Below the pieces are notes generated by a model. That model saw only the letters and a list, made by a program, of their open reading frames with translations. It was not told the DNA's origin and made no database searches. A DNA stretch of 64,000 nt from Tubiluchus corallicola (lineage: Eukaryota; Animalia; Priapulida), in NCBI GenBank assembly GCA_030141605.1, contig JAQGDQ010000061.1, positions 607,685 through 671,684 on the forward strand. Reading direction: 5' to 3'. Within the stretch, counting starts at the first letter, position 1. Each line of letters opens with the position of its first letter. The position numbers and the translations under genes were made by a program. Of the stretch, positions 1 through 15,000 are shown one piece after another.

Positions 1-2964
1 TAAATTTTAAGATTTCGCGTTATCTAATATCTTATGTTACAGTGAAATCGTGCGGGTGAATGTGTGAGGTCTAAGAAGTCTAGTCTGCTGACTTTTGAAA
101 GACCTTGGAAGGCAAATTGTGGCCGACATTCACGTTTTTATTTTTTATTTTATCGCAAATATTATCTTTTAGTCATTTACCCCATAAAACGGCATTTCTC
201 CGTTAAATCATAACACTTGAATGTTAGAAACCGGATGTCTAAGAATCTTTTCAAATTCTTGAAGGTGATAGATTTGCCTGCATAATTAAATATTCCCTCT
301 GAGATGCCTATAGGAAATCCATATTTCGTTTCGCTTTCCCTTTTGTGTATGTCAGAAGCTCTGCATGTGGAAAGTCTATTGATCAAAAAAACGTCCCTCA
401 GCTGTTCGGCTTTTTCATGAACAACTGTTTCATAATTTTCTACAGGTGCTAGACAGCGTATACTCTATTTTTCCTGTTAATACTCTAGATAATTAGTTCC
501 GTATGATGGATTATATCGCCAGGCGTGGTTATAATGTAGCCGTAAACCCAGTTGGCGTGTACAACGCTTTTTATAGTAATTATAGTGCCATCAAAATGAA
601 TGCATTAATTCGCCCAATTTGATGAATTTGAATGAATTTCGCGGTCCTGAGCAAGTAATGTGTGTATGCCATATGTCTGCCTTTATTTTGGCCTTACAGT
701 ATATTGCTTGTTGTACTCAGCGATATGCAGTCACATGTTAAATATTGCATAATGCATTGCGGCATGGCACAGGCGTAGTCACCCGCATTATTTTTATCAG
801 TTTAGGCTTTGTGCTTTTTAATTGCCTTAACCGGTATTTGGGACTTGTTCCATGATGTAGCGAGATTCACTCACCATATTAAGTGCATCTCCGTGCGCTT
901 GATAACACGAGGACTAAATAGCTTCCATTATGCCCAATCGCACTACACACGATTGAGACTGGTCCAAGATTACTATGTTCAAGAATGGTCCAAAATGTTC
1001 TGTATTGACACTACAAAAACGTATGAACAGCGCTTGTATTCTACAATTGTTTTACAAGAGCATTTTTCTGTGGCAGTCACACAAAGAGTCGACGCTTTCC
1101 TTGCTTGCATGAGTTCGACACGACAAGAACGATCTTCGTTTGAACTAGAACCATAATATTAACTGGCCTAGCCAGTGGAATGGATAACGCATTTATGAAG
1201 CTTTTTGTAAATAGATGAATCTAGTTTTCCTAGAATCTCTTTGTTAGTGAACGAGTTTACAAAAGGACCGAAAAGGTGGTCGCTGTAAATACATTTTATC
1301 TAATTTCTGCACAACGTTGTTAGAACAACAACAATGACTTTTCTTTTGTAATTTGCATAAAAGTCAGAAGCCTTGTCAGTGATTGAGTGACGCAGTAATA
1401 TTCGACCTGTAAAGGTCATTAACGCATCGTCTAGAGTAGTTTTCTAGTACCAAGCGCTTCTGTCCCTGAAGCAAGACCACTTTGTCATCCTCTGCCCAGG
1501 TAGAGTAGTCAGAAAAGCCCAAGGCTACGCAACTTGTACCACTTCTAATTTAAGCACCCAAAGCGGCTGTCATTAGATTCAAATGTTGCTAATGCTCGGT
1601 GTCTTGTCGCATGGTATTATGTCAAGTGTCGATCGCAATTTCTCAAGTAATTCTCAGTTCTCACAGCCGTTTGCATGAGAAATTAGTCCATGTTTGAACG
1701 CGGACATTAGCCTGTAATTTTGAGTGTCATCTTTTCAAATACAGAATTGTATATTGTAACTCGCTGTTTCGATGCTGGTATGTTACAAGGACCTGTAATA
1801 CTGCTATAACATACAATTTTTGGCTGATATAACCTTTGCGTATTTTGTGGGGTTATTTTTTTAATTGGGTGGATAATCTGGTGTCTATTTATGAGTGTAT
1901 AACAATTCTGTTTGAAACTTGACTTGCCCGCCGTCATGTTATTGATGGATGAGATTTTAATTAGGCAAATAGCACGGAAGGCAACTTATAATTTTGGAAA
2001 TCTTGTTGCTAATATGCCGGAATAAAAGCTTGCTTACGTAAGTGAGTGTAAGTGACAAATTTTATTTTTCATTTTTTATTTTATTAGACAAAAACACCGT
2101 TACAGTTACGTGATCAGATATACTACATACAATTACACAAACTGAAAACAAAAAGAAACGAAAAAACACAAAGAAAAGGTGATGATAAGTAGCATGATAA
2201 GTAATTTATGTATACTGGGACAGATAAATTTTGTATACGCAAATAAAGTATTGTACAAATTAAAATAAAATTAAATGCAAGTGATAAGTATCCGCAATTA
2301 TATAATTTATATTGGCGTCTGAGCACTGTATGTAAAATGCAGTGCAAAACATTAAAGGACAAAGCAGCAGAACACGGTATAACATCGTAAAATTAATTAA
2401 TTTTCTAAATTTATTATCACATCCAGCTACCTAGTAACTAGAGCTTTAGTGATCTATAGAATTAAGATATCTCGAGGTTTAAAATTTAATGGCGTGTCTA
2501 TTGCCAGTTATGGCTGTAATTAAATTTTTAAAGCGCAAATCGCCAGCTTCGCACACAATGAATTCAATCGTGTCTTTTATGGGCAACCATAATAGAAGCA
2601 TTCACTTTTCGAATTATCTATTTGAGTGGCAATTTCCTTTCTGCGGGTTTTGCTGAAATTTCTTTAGAGCGAGTTTAAAAAGATAAGATTCATTTTTGGA
2701 TTGACTGGTATTGATTCTGGATTTAAAACCTGGTAAAGATGAGTACTTTGGATGGACTATCTGGTTGCTTCGGTGTGAACGATGAATTGCATAAAGCGGC
2801 ATTCACATGATTGCAGAGACGTGCTAACAGGAAGGGAAATAATTCTGATTGTCTTCACAAAAATAGTAATAAACCAATTGTCATGTTGTGATATTAATTC
2901 GTCTAAATTTGTCAACTAACTTTGTTCATACCGTTAAGAACTCGTGCTAATTTTATTGCATTAC

Positions 2965-3400
2965 ATAGACATAGACATCTTTATTTGTCACACACACACA
3001 CACATACATGAAATTTGTCGTTTCCTTTTTTGCACAGATTAGTAAAAAGCAATAGTTAATAGTGCAACAAATTCGTAACTGTAAAATAAATTCAATTGTA
3101 CATATAAAACTAAATGGTACGATTAAAATAAAGCTAAAAAAGAAAAAAAGATTAAAAAGTGTTTAGAGTTTTGCTACTATTGAATGCTTTGATTGAAGTT
3201 GGAAACAAATGAAAATTTAAAGTGATTTGTTCTTGAAAAGGACACTTTTAATCTTACTTTGTGTGGGAGAAACTTAAATTCTTCGTGTAGAGGATGAAAG
3301 TTGTCTGCCATAGTTTTCTTTAACGTCGTCAGTAACACTATGATCAGGAATCAAATATTGATTTTTCTTACCAACGAGCTGACTACATTTTCTTCTTGGT
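2965..3400 (-). mobile_element. 3' relic of a Rex1/Babar-like LINE with tail
   Basis: Minus strand reads KETMADNFHPLHEEFKFLPHKVRLKVSFSRTNHFKFSFV then (frameshift) PTSIKAFN, resembling the Rex/Babar ORF2 C-terminus (D..HPLH..F..LP....R...T.R.K.SF.P..I...N). It is followed by (TG)n, AATAAA and a short repeated tail. Boundaries approximate. Confidence 0.65.
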
Positions 3401-6400
3401 CTTTCCAAATCAATTTTACGGAAGTTAGCGTTATTTACGTTTAGATATATACGAAAAAGTGTAGCATATTTGGTCTGCTAATAAGTGTCTAGAGTCAGTT
3501 AAGCATGCTATTTCTGTCACAGGACTTAGGAAGTTAGGATTTGATAGTACTGTTGGACCCCAGTTTAAACATTTTTACTTTTAAAATGCAAATTTTTATC
3601 CAGATTAAGTGAAATTAGCATTTAATACTGACGGTTGTCAGTTTTATGTGTTTGTGGTTTGTTTATCGTTATTTCTATGGCTTGTAATTAACGAATTAAA
3701 AAATACATTTCCGTAACTGTTGAAATTTCTAAGAAAACTGTGTGAAAATAGGAAATGAATCCATATGAAGTACCCACGTTCAAAAAGCATCCTCGGTTTA
3801 ATATGTAAATAAAAAAAATCTGGCGATGAAATTCACTCTCAGTTAAACCATTTCTCAACTGTTAATAAATCAAGTTTTCATTTTTCTCATAGTGTACCTT
3901 AAGTCATGTGATACTAGTTATTCAATTTCTTAATCGATTAATATAATTCTGGCTTAGGCTTAGCTTGATCAATTTAGCTGTAGCTCGTTAGCTTTCTCAT
4001 ACGTTCCATACCGCACTAATAATCACAGCCTAATGAGGTGGAACGTTATCGACTAAAATACCCTTAATTAGCCTAACTAACTCGCTCTGGAAACCACTTA
4101 TTAATACGTATTGGCCCTGCTCGTTAGACGTTAATGCTACTGCTCATTACGCTTAAGAGGTCGCTAGCTGTCCAGTTTTATTACTGTCTTTGTTGTGGCT
4201 CTGAAATCTTTATGCACTCTTTACTGGCTATTTTAATCTCAAGTACGTGTAGCGCCTAGGAACAATATGCTTACTGAATGCGATCGCACCGGTTCATATA
4301 ATCATGTTTTGCTTCAAGAAGCGAGTTATCCTGTTTATGATCTGATTTGTTTTATTGTTTTAATAAAAAATTATACACATAGCCAGTACGTATATAAATG
4401 TTTGGTATAGCTGATGCTAACCTAATAGTACCTATGAAAGGTACATGTAATTGTTTTCTTCGATGTGAAACTTGTGCCGCAGCGCAGTTGTACTAAAGTT
4501 TTTTAAAAATAATAATTGTTAGGTTTTATGGTGTTATCTTTGAAGCTCTTGCGTTTGTTGTTGACAATTGTATATTTTATTATTGCAGTTTTCTCATTTT
4601 ATTGTGATAATATTATAAGAATGCCTAGAGGTCAAATCGCGCATAACGGTAACTGTTTTTATCCGATGTTGGATTTTGGGATTTGCTGTCAACTTAGCTG
4701 ATTCATTGTCACCGTACACGAACCTATAGTTTTTTTGCTTGTCATTTAGAAAACAAACTATTTGACCTGTCACATTAATTTACTTGAACAATCCATCAAT
4801 AAGTAATGCAGCCTGTAAATCCGATCTTTCTAGGCGGCGCTACAAGCAGAGAGCTGATAGAGTCGCTCTAGGAATTGGTAGACCTGCTTCAGAAAGAACC
4901 TCTTTCTCTGCTGTACGTATATTCAGCTGATAATGTAACTTTTTAGACTGCTGACATGTAGGTAGTAAAGGTCGTTGCATGGTCGAGTAAATACTTTAAT
5001 TTGGTAATTTTCTGCATTTCTAACGCTTGTAATTAGACCCAATTTTGTGTAACATTGTGTTCCACGAAATGCAACCCGGAGTTTCCAGGCCCGAAGCTGC
5101 AATAAGTCGTGCCGTATGACTCAACTTACTTGCCATAAAACTGTTATTATGCAAAGCAACCACCAAATAAGCAAAACGATAGACGAGACTGTATCGTCAT
5201 GATAATGTGAGTGTACTGAGTAATGGCTACACCCCGTCGGTTATTGATTACCGCATAATGCTACAACAGATGAATTCCGTCGTTCAGTGTAATACTATAA
5301 ATGAAGATAAATTTATATCGAGACTGAATGTTTGTGCAGCTTTTGTAGTGTAGTACCGTCTTGTGGTTTAGTGATTTATGGAGTAGTTATGCCACAAACT
5401 GGGTATCACTCCTGTTTGGTGGTTGTCCTGATGACAGTGTAGCCCAATGGACCAGTTGCACTACAGATTTAATATGAAGTCACGTACTGAGATAAATATA
5501 TTTGTCCGTGGGTAAAGCATTTGAAGCTGCGCCGATGGAATAGCATGTATTTGATCTTCGAACTTTGAAAAATTGTCCGCTATCTTGAGATGTTAGTAGT
5601 ACTTGTAGTAGCAATGATATTTTAAACATTATATCCATGGTTAATATTTTCTATAACTTATTGTTGTCCTTGTATTTATCACTTTATACAACTATTAGAA
5701 CTAGTTAGTTAACCAGCTCCTTAGTTAACTAGTTAAGCCGTTAAAATCCTTTCATGAAACATTCTTTATCGCTACCATTATTTATATACTTTGGAAATTT
5801 GTAGTTCGCGTTTAAGCTGAGATTATTGAAACGGTTGAAACTAGCGACTTTATCTATTTCATTTGATCATAAAATACTGAGAAAAAAACTTAAAAAATCC
5901 ACACGGCTTCGTTTCAGTTTTTTGTCTTTCATCGTTATTGGTTATTAAGTTGAAAAAACTTGAGAAAATTTAAGTTCTTATAAATTAAGTTTAGCGACGT
6001 CCAGCTCCTTAGCCACAGTTTTCTTGGACTTTAGATATTATTAAACGTATTTGTAAACTCCGGGGGGGGGACACAAATTGTTACGCATTCAGTCACTGCT
6101 AGCATCGTTGATAAGTGACTTTTTTCATATTTTGAGCATCAAAATCATCTGTAATCTTCATTTATCACAACCCTACACTCACTCGATGATTAGAGGTTGT
6201 TTCACAATAGTTCGTAATCGGTTGGCGTTATTTCCCAAGGGCCCGCTCACTCAGCCAGCCAATTCTTTCCATCATTCTCTTCATTGAAGCCAAACTTAAA
6301 CATTTGTCATCAAAGCATCCTCATCCTTTGTGTGGCAGCCGCAGCCTCCCAGTGACGCGCAACCAAGTAACAGGCTAATGAGCCAGCAATGCTGACATGT

Positions 6401-8619
6401 GGCGTCCCGAGGGATGGCTGAAATCACTTGTCAATGAAAACAAACACGAGATTCGGACGATGAGATTTGGTTACTGAAAAGCTGCTGACACAGTGAAATA
6501 GTCCTAAAAGAAACTGGTGAGGCTTATAGTTCCAATCGGACCCATAATCACTTACATGTGAGACGCCACTTAACTGTTAGCACAGTAGCAAAAGCTGTGT
6601 TGTCTACTGTTTAATTGAAAACACACAGTTCTGGGCAAGAAGACAGTTAATAACACGAAGTTTCTGGGTTAGATGATGAAGCATGGCATCCATGTGTGTT
6701 TCTCGTTGGATCAAATTTAAATTTACTTACTTGAACAAGATTGATTAAATTCACATCCAAATCCGGTGTATGAGCCGCGTTTAACACCTGACTGTGCCTG
6801 GTAAAGTGTGGTTTATTTATGTGTGAATGAGCAGAGCAGTTTGCCCTAATTTTTACATTTAATTGCTATCTCAGGCACTTAAAACAATCCCAGTTTTTAA
6901 CCATCCATTGGTCCGAGCCCAGATGTCTATCTTGCAAACTGTCCGAGTTAACATGGATTAAACGTGGATTCGTAAGAAGCATCGAAGCTTTACATGAACA
7001 TTACTAACAAGAAATCTACGTATGGGTTCTCTTAGATTCTAATGATAAAAAAGCGTTTTGTCATGTGCCTACTAACTGATATTTTCACGTTGTTTTCAAC
7101 TTGTGGCGAATTCCACCTTGACGTTTTACTCACAAAGTTCAATGTTCATTACTTCGAAAAAAGTAAGGTGAAATCGGTGTAACTAGTATGATAACTTGTT
7201 GCAATAAATAAACTCTCCAAAAAGAGTTGCCATGGATTCCCTTTTTCTTGTTCTTATTTGTTTTACAGAAATCTGTTTTACAGATAACATTTATGAAGCG
7301 ATTGTGAGATTATGATTGTGCGATTGTGAGCGTATTATGGCATTACATTCATTCAAGCTAGGTGGATTTCAAATGGCTTAAATGTGGAATCACCGTAACA
7401 AAATGTACGATCGGATAAACGGGATGGACCACATGCCAGTTGGACAGTAATTTCTTGAGGACTTGGCAGCTGATTTTGGTTAAGCAGGCATGTGGTCTAT
7501 TGTCTGGATGTGAATAATTTACTACTCACTACACTGCTGTCACCCTTGCTAAAACTTCAAAATGCGGTGAATGTGAACATGTAGTAATATTAAAGCTAAA
7601 TTGATGTGAAAGCAGTTTTACGCCTAAATGTGTTTCCTAATAGTAGTACTACCATTATTTCCTAAACAGACTAGTACTAAGCGTGAAATTTCATAGCTGT
7701 GGCTGACCTGCTTTGTCACTGTCCGTGCTCCTGTGGATTTTGTTCCTAATCCGAGATTTAATCCCGCATGTCGGGTCAGCCCTTTCACGCGGCTAACGAG
7801 TAATCCGGACATGTGGACAGTGAAAACAACTAACAGGAGCCGAGGGAAAGGTTATCGAGCCGAAACCCTGCTATTTTGTTGCGTTTGGTGATGTGTTGTT
7901 GTTATAGACGCTCTCAAGATAAACTCTCTGATCATGCAATCTGACAGGCTCATCTTACCTATGAGCAAGTAACTTGCGTGGTTATTTTTGATACTTCAGT
8001 TAGAACGGTTTCGTAAAAATAGTAACGATGTTGTGCTTACTTTTACACTAAAATGAATGTTACATGATTAGAAATTTGAAACTAATAAAGAAAGAGCTAA
8101 TCAAGTCCTTTGCCAAATGTTTTCCAGTGAATTGAAGATAAAATTATACTGCTCTGCGTTGACGTTGCAAGTTTTGCTTTTTTTTTATATAAATTTTGAC
8201 TTATTTACGTCTTTGAGAGGAATACAAGATCCTCAAGGTGTTCAAGATAATCTACTGCTTTTTTCAATTGCCTTGCGTGACTTTTTAATGAGCTCTATTA
8301 CGTGTTATGTACAACAGCTCTCATCTCAAAATCGTGTCCATCCTAAGCATAACGCGTTTTTCCGCGTAGCCACACCGCTACCATTATTTTTCAGCTTAGA
8401 ACATTTGGGCGCTGGACGGCATCAGATAAGGAGTGCTTACAGTGCAGAGGCATTCCAGATGAATGTAGTAATTTATCCAGTGTCAACAGATTTACCAATC
8501 AATTGCTGGCCGTGTTTGTAACGAAACCCGAGTGCTAACCATTACAGCAACTGGAGAAACTCAGCAGACTTCTGCGTGAACATTTCCTGCCTAACACGTC
8601 TTATTCTCTGGAAAGATTT

Positions 8620-8970
8620 ATGGAACGAATGTTACGTACCAGTATGATTATGTTCTTGCGGCCTTAGTGCAAACAGAATATCATTTCATTTGTGAATGTA
8701 TTGATACCGAAAATGTACGAGAAGATTATTTTGAATTAGATTTTAGTTGTTTATCAAGTTTATTTACTTGCAATCTGAAGCTTGTGGCGAAGATTGTTAG
8801 ACGTTGCTTTGTTTTGTTGCAAAATAGATATACACAGAAAGCTAGTTTCTGTTAACTATTTATGTAGGTAGAGTTTGCTGTTGCACAGTTAACTGTATCT
8901 GTATTGGACTGTAGAATTGTTCCGTTCATAATTCATCGTTACAGTCAATAAATTACTACTACTGCTACTG

Positions 8971-9014
<44 letters not shown>

Positions 9015-9068
9015 GCTACTGCTACTGCTACTGCTACTGCTACTGCTACTGCTACTGCTACTGCTACT
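8620..9068 (+). mobile_element. 3' end of a decayed non-LTR retrotransposon (CCHC zinc knuckle plus microsatellite tail)
   Basis: LCSCG (frameshift) LVQTEYHFICEC matches the C-x-C-x6-8-H-x4-C motif at the end of LINE ORF2. AATAAA at ~8947 is followed directly by a (CTA)n/(CTGCTA)n tail. Confidence 0.6.
8954..9068. repeat. Compound (CTA)n/(CTGCTA)n microsatellite
   Basis: Seen directly; explains the poly-V/VA ORF 8945..9130. Confidence 0.95.
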
Positions 9069-12000
9069 GTTTGCGTTTTGATTGTTCGAGGCCTTTCTTT
9101 AGTCTGTTTCTTTTGCCTCTTAAAATACAAGTTTCCAGTTTTAACCAGCTAATTAACTTTATAGATGTTTTCAAGTTGTCAGCCACGTTTTATGCAGCTA
9201 AAAAGTTGTGAGATACGTGATGGTCTTCGTCTATTGGACCATCCGCGGATGAGACCAGTAGTTCTTCAATTCATAGGACGTTTGATGTTTTAGACACAAA
9301 AACCTACTGGATGCTCGGCCAACTATTATAGTCCTTTAGGTGTAATCTTAAGCTGATTCTTTATAGATTCTTAGTTTTAAGTTAACTAATAATATTTTGA
9401 ATAAAATTGTTCACTAGCTAGCGATTTTTGAATAGCAGGACTAGTAACTGTTTCAGGTCTACTTGTGTTAACTTGGCGGTTGAGCGATGTTGTGGCATCC
9501 AGTAGGCCTAGGCCTAAGTCGTCGAGGTGTGCCAGCATTTTCAAACCTACTGAATGCCGTTGTTTGCTCTGTGGACAGGCTAGGGATAATCTCGTGTTTT
9601 GACTTTGTTGTTAATCCTCCCTAATCTTAATGTATACAACTGTGTGGCAACACAGATTAAAAACTTCCTCTCACCAGTTATGACTAATGAAGGTCTTCCG
9701 CTCACATATTTTGAATTTGTGTTACTAGTGGAGAAGCAGGCAAACCAAACGTTAATATTAAGTTAATAATTTATTCGGATCTATAACAGGTAAATGAGTG
9801 CATCCTTAGGTACGTAGTGTTAAGTTTTTAAGCCCGTAAAGATAACCTGCTGTACTTGGCAAAATTTATTGTTAATGCCTATATTTAACTTGAATTGCAT
9901 TCGAAACAATGACAACCATTGTATTAGCTACCAAAACTTTCTTTGTGTAGATATGATTTACCTTGAGAAAATTACTTAATCTGTGGTTATGAACTTGTGA
10001 TCATGCCGCCCTGGCTTTGATGTGGGCGTGGGTGTATAAATCAAATTCAAACTTTTCGGAATAATGTTGATTTTTTTCAAAATTTTAAAGCTAAATTTTT
10101 GCGAAATCTCGAATTCCAACCTTGGATGTAATTGCAAAGCTCCATTGTTGATCTAGGGCGGTTTTACATTTTGCCCATCATGATGGAAAAGAACGTTTTT
10201 TTGGATTCTTGCCTAGTAGCTCTGTAAAATGTCTGTTTCGTCGAGATGCCGGTGCTGTTCATGTAATAAGTTTTTCGCCAGTTCTTTAAATATTATTTAA
10301 TATTATATTATTATTGCGTCACAATAAAGTTACTCCGTATTCTAAACTTTAAGGAAAAAACCGGATTTATTTTAGCTAGTGTCAGGGGTTCTGGTTATTT
10401 CTCTTTTCCTGTGACTTTTTCTGTGGTTTTTTTACTTGTGAGGTTTTACCTGGATTGTAAATGGCGTTCTAATGAAATTATCAAGCCAGTTGGAAAAAAC
10501 TCTGCAAGCGAGTAAATCAACGATGATTGTCATCCAGGTAATAATTTTTTGAAATGCTCCCCTCGGGCCGTATAGGTACCGTTCAGTTAGCGTCAAGGAC
10601 TTTTAAATTCTTTCTGTCCCGTTGCAGTTCGCAGTATCAACAGTAATTTCAGCAAACATACATTATTCTCGATATCATTGTATATTTTACTAACACTTAT
10701 GCGACAATTGATTGAATTTATTTATATGTTAAGTTTTCATTTGTTGTAGTCCAGCTAAAGCTGCACAATTTTTCTTATAGTAATATATTTTGTAATTTCT
10801 ATTCATTTGTATATATTTTTAATTTAGTTTTTAAATGTCCTGTGTTCGTTTGAGTGCGTATGCCAATGGACGGTATTGCTTTTATCAGTTTTCTAGACTT
10901 CTTACATACAAATTTTAATGTAAAAAATATGGTTTTAATAAATATTATAATATAATGACAATAAATTGCTTGCTTACGATCGCACTTCATACTAGTTGCT
11001 GCGCATGCGCAACCCAAAAAGCTGATCATATTCGTAGTGTATCAGTGATTTTGCATGTTAATTTAACTCCATTACACTGCTCTCTTAGTTTCAGCTTGAC
11101 TAATGTTCTTTGTCTGTAGGTCTGCTATATTGTCGGTCTATAGATTTCTGGCCTTATTGTAAGTGTTTTAACAAAACTAATCCCATGGCCCACTCAAGTT
11201 TAAACTTCTGGCTTCTTCAGTCTATTGACCTTTCAACAAAACATAATCCCTTTTTAACTAGGGTATTTTAATCCTGGTTAGTAACAACATTCTGGTCTAT
11301 ATGATAGTACCAACATTAGAGTGAACGACTAACTTGCTGACTGTTCATAACAAACCAAGAGTTTACCTAGAGACTGCCAGTACCAAAGCTGTGGGCTAAT
11401 TGCCTCGGAAACATAGCTGAGGCTGCAAAGAGCACCGAGGGTTTTTAGAAGGAAGGCATAAAACTCAACTCTCTGTAAGGTATAGATAGCTGTCACCTTT
11501 ACAGCTTAGTCTTTTCAGTGACCATGTCGTACTTGTAAATGTGTCGTTATTGTATAACTAGTCTGGAATGCGAAGCATTGGGTTACTGATTTATTGAGTT
11601 TTTTCGCTGAATATATTATTTGGAACACCATTTATCGTTGCTATGCTATCCGTTGTTTTTGTAAAAAATTAGAATAGTGGAATAACTCTGTTATGGCATC
11701 ACAGTACAACTGCTGGTTAAAACGCATTACGTAAACGAGAACGAGACTTGCAACAGGATGAAATAGACCGCTTTATAGAGTTACTTCGCAAGAGAAGTAC
11801 ATATTTATTATAGGTACACAGCCTTGGAGACAGGGTTCCTGGAATTTAATCTACAATCATATCTCGCTACTACGCATTTTATTGCTGCTTATCACTCAGC
11901 GACATCCGGTGATGTTTTTTTAACCGGAAGGTCCTCGGCCTACATACCATCTCCTACCCACCTACATTATAATGAACGTTTGAACTGACTCTGCACTTTG

Positions 12001-15000
12001 ACAAATGTTTGTTTGACTTTCGTCTTAAGACTGCAATTATTATTATCAAGTGTCTGAATGATTACGGTTGTTATTATCATTCCTTCCAACAAGCGTTAAC
12101 CTATAAACCCTTTTTATTACGTTTAAGTTTCCGTTAGTGTTTAAACGGCTATTTGCCAGTTATTCTTTCATCGTTACTTCTGCAGAGTCCGAATTATAAA
12201 GCCGTATTCACATTTATAAAGTAATTGTAACGGCAATGGCAAACGCAAGATTTATAAGCAAAGGAATACCGTTTCGCATGCAAGCACTTGCCTCAGCAAC
12301 GAAAGTGGCGTAATTATTACATAGTTGTGTGCAAAACATTGTTCTATGTGGCTTCGTTTGGTTCATTGAATACATGTCAGGACATGTTTTGCGTTTTGCT
12401 AATTTTGTGTGTCATTTCTATTTTACAGTTTGTAGAATTGAGCGATGATGCAAGAGCACACGCTGTAACGCGTATGATGAAATCTCAATTTTACGTATTG
12501 TGGTAATGCAAGAGGACAAATATGATATGGCTCTACATTCTACATGACGTGACTTCAACACACCTATAGCGAATCAGTGAATATATAGGAAAAGGTATTA
12601 TAATATATTATGTATATATAAAGACATAGATAAGTTGACTTGCGATAATTTTAATATTATGTTTTATTAAATTGATCATACAAAGAAGTCTATTGAGCTT
12701 AGACTTGTACAGTATTACTTCACAAGCTACAATTTAGCGTTGTGATAATTACAAAAAAAACTAGTTGAATATTAAACGTACCATATTTATCCAATTTGTA
12801 CTTAAATAATATTATTCCATTTGACATTATTCTTTTGGATACTGAATCTCTAATTATTATGCTCTTAAATGATAGTACACTTCTAAACCATGGCCAAAGT
12901 ATAATTATATTTGATATTGTTTAAACATATATAAAAAATACTCATCGATTTGCTTATTAGTGTGCCTTTATTTTATGCCTTTTGCTTTTTAGTACATAGC
13001 ATTGTATTAATGTATGTATTTCGTTGTATATTAATGTATTTCTATGTACATTTCATCTGCAATAGTTACACCACCTGTATACCATTTCCATTTTCTGAGG
13101 CCTCTTTATCAGTTGTTACTGCGGTCAAAGGTTTTAATTTTTTGCTTCTCTGACAATAATGAAATATGATTATATAAAAAAGCGTACGACATTTGATTGG
13201 TCTTGAAATTGATCAGTAAATATTTCTGAGTTCCGGATTCTGGCGTATTTTAACATAGAAATTTATACAAAATTTTTTTTCACATGAAACATGATTATGC
13301 TAACTTAACTAAGACGCCAGAATGCAGAACTGAGAAACATTCACTGTTCAGTTTCATGACCAATCAAATGTCATACGTTTTTTTATATAATCATATTTTT
13401 ATTATTGTGCAACTAAGACGAGCTGAGAATTTGTATGAAATGAATTACAAAATTGCGAGTTCAGTACTTACAATGGTCAGTTGCCTCTCCCACTTTTTTG
13501 CTTAGGTATAAAAATACCTGTTGTGAGACAATTTATTAACCTATAAATTGTAATTAGACTTGTGTCTGAATCTCAATTACAGAAATGACGTATTGGAAAG
13601 GTTATCATTTTTAGGAAAAAAATCGCTTTTCTGCCTTTTTTAAATGTTGATTCGTTTTTTCCATCTTTGGAAGTAACGACGACAGTTTTCTGATGAAAGC
13701 TGTAGGATATCCAACTTATCTGATTTGTGATATAAATATCACATTTATTCTGTGGTATTCATTCCATGAAAATGGCGAGGAATTGATGGAACCAAAAATG
13801 CCCCTGCAAATTGCAATGATTGAACATTGTTAGTTCTGCTAACAAAGACATTCAAAAAAGAAAACACTGCAGTATTGGCGATTTTCATTTCCCATTTGCC
13901 TGGTGTATTAGCTAATTTCAGAGTCACTGTTGCTTGGTTTACATTACTGATTGAAGGCATCCAAACCCTACGGGGTCAGCGTTTTCTGTTTACATATAAT
14001 TTGGGTAAAAACCGTCTGTACACAGCCCATTGCACATGATTGGTTAAGTGAGTCATATTTATGACCGTTTCTACATGCCTGTTGGCAAAATACGGAATAT
14101 AACGTTGTGGAAAACTTCCTTCTTCATTAATAAACATGAACCGCAAGTTATGCGTCATAAGACAGCATTAGTAGAAACCTGCTGAGACCACTACTTTTGC
14201 TTTTTTATTGGTTTTCATCTCCCAGATGACATAGGAATGCTTGCAAATACGCGAATGTTTCGATTTTTGCGATGTTTCAGATATTCGTCATGCGTTTACA
14301 GACAGCAAGATAAAAAGTTTTATAACTAACTATATACTACGCCGTAAGTTTTATATTTTGTAGTACAGTACGTAATAGCTTCATTTACTAATATTTGAAC
14401 TTCAAAGGGTTTCTCCAAAAGTGAGATAACGGGGCTGCTGTCGATATGACTTTGTACCCAAGGTGTTATTTGCCAAACGTGTGTTACTTGTTTAACTAAC
14501 GAATAAAAAACAAAAGGGATTGGTGAAAAGCTTGTCTTGGTACGAAAGCGTCAGCTTGATTTATGGATGCGTTAAGTACAACTCGCTCTATTCACCGTCA
14601 CAACAGCTATAAAATTTCATTCATGAAAACTTCTGTATTTACACGGAGACTTATTACTTAAACAAATGTCTAGTAGTGCTGACATGATATATATAACCGT
14701 AAATCTCACTTGTTTGCTCATTCTGACATGTGCTGGTACTGTGGTATAGAAATTTTGCTCAAGAAAATTGTCAAACAATGCGTGGCAAAACTTATTAGAA
14801 GTCGAACTGTAGCTGTTGTACAACCTAATGACGTCATAATTACGCTTTCACAACTTGTAGTGTTGCAAGTGCAGAGCGTAGAGTTAGTGTAAACATCTCT
14901 GTAAAGACGACGTTGTTTAGTTTTTTGTACTTCACACCCTCACCTTTACTACTGAGTTCATTGATTCTTGTTGATAGAGTTGATAGATTTACAGTAGGTT

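Noticed and set aside
809-1156. 115-aa ORF
   Set aside because: Non-ATG start, no recognisable motif, no supporting exon structure.
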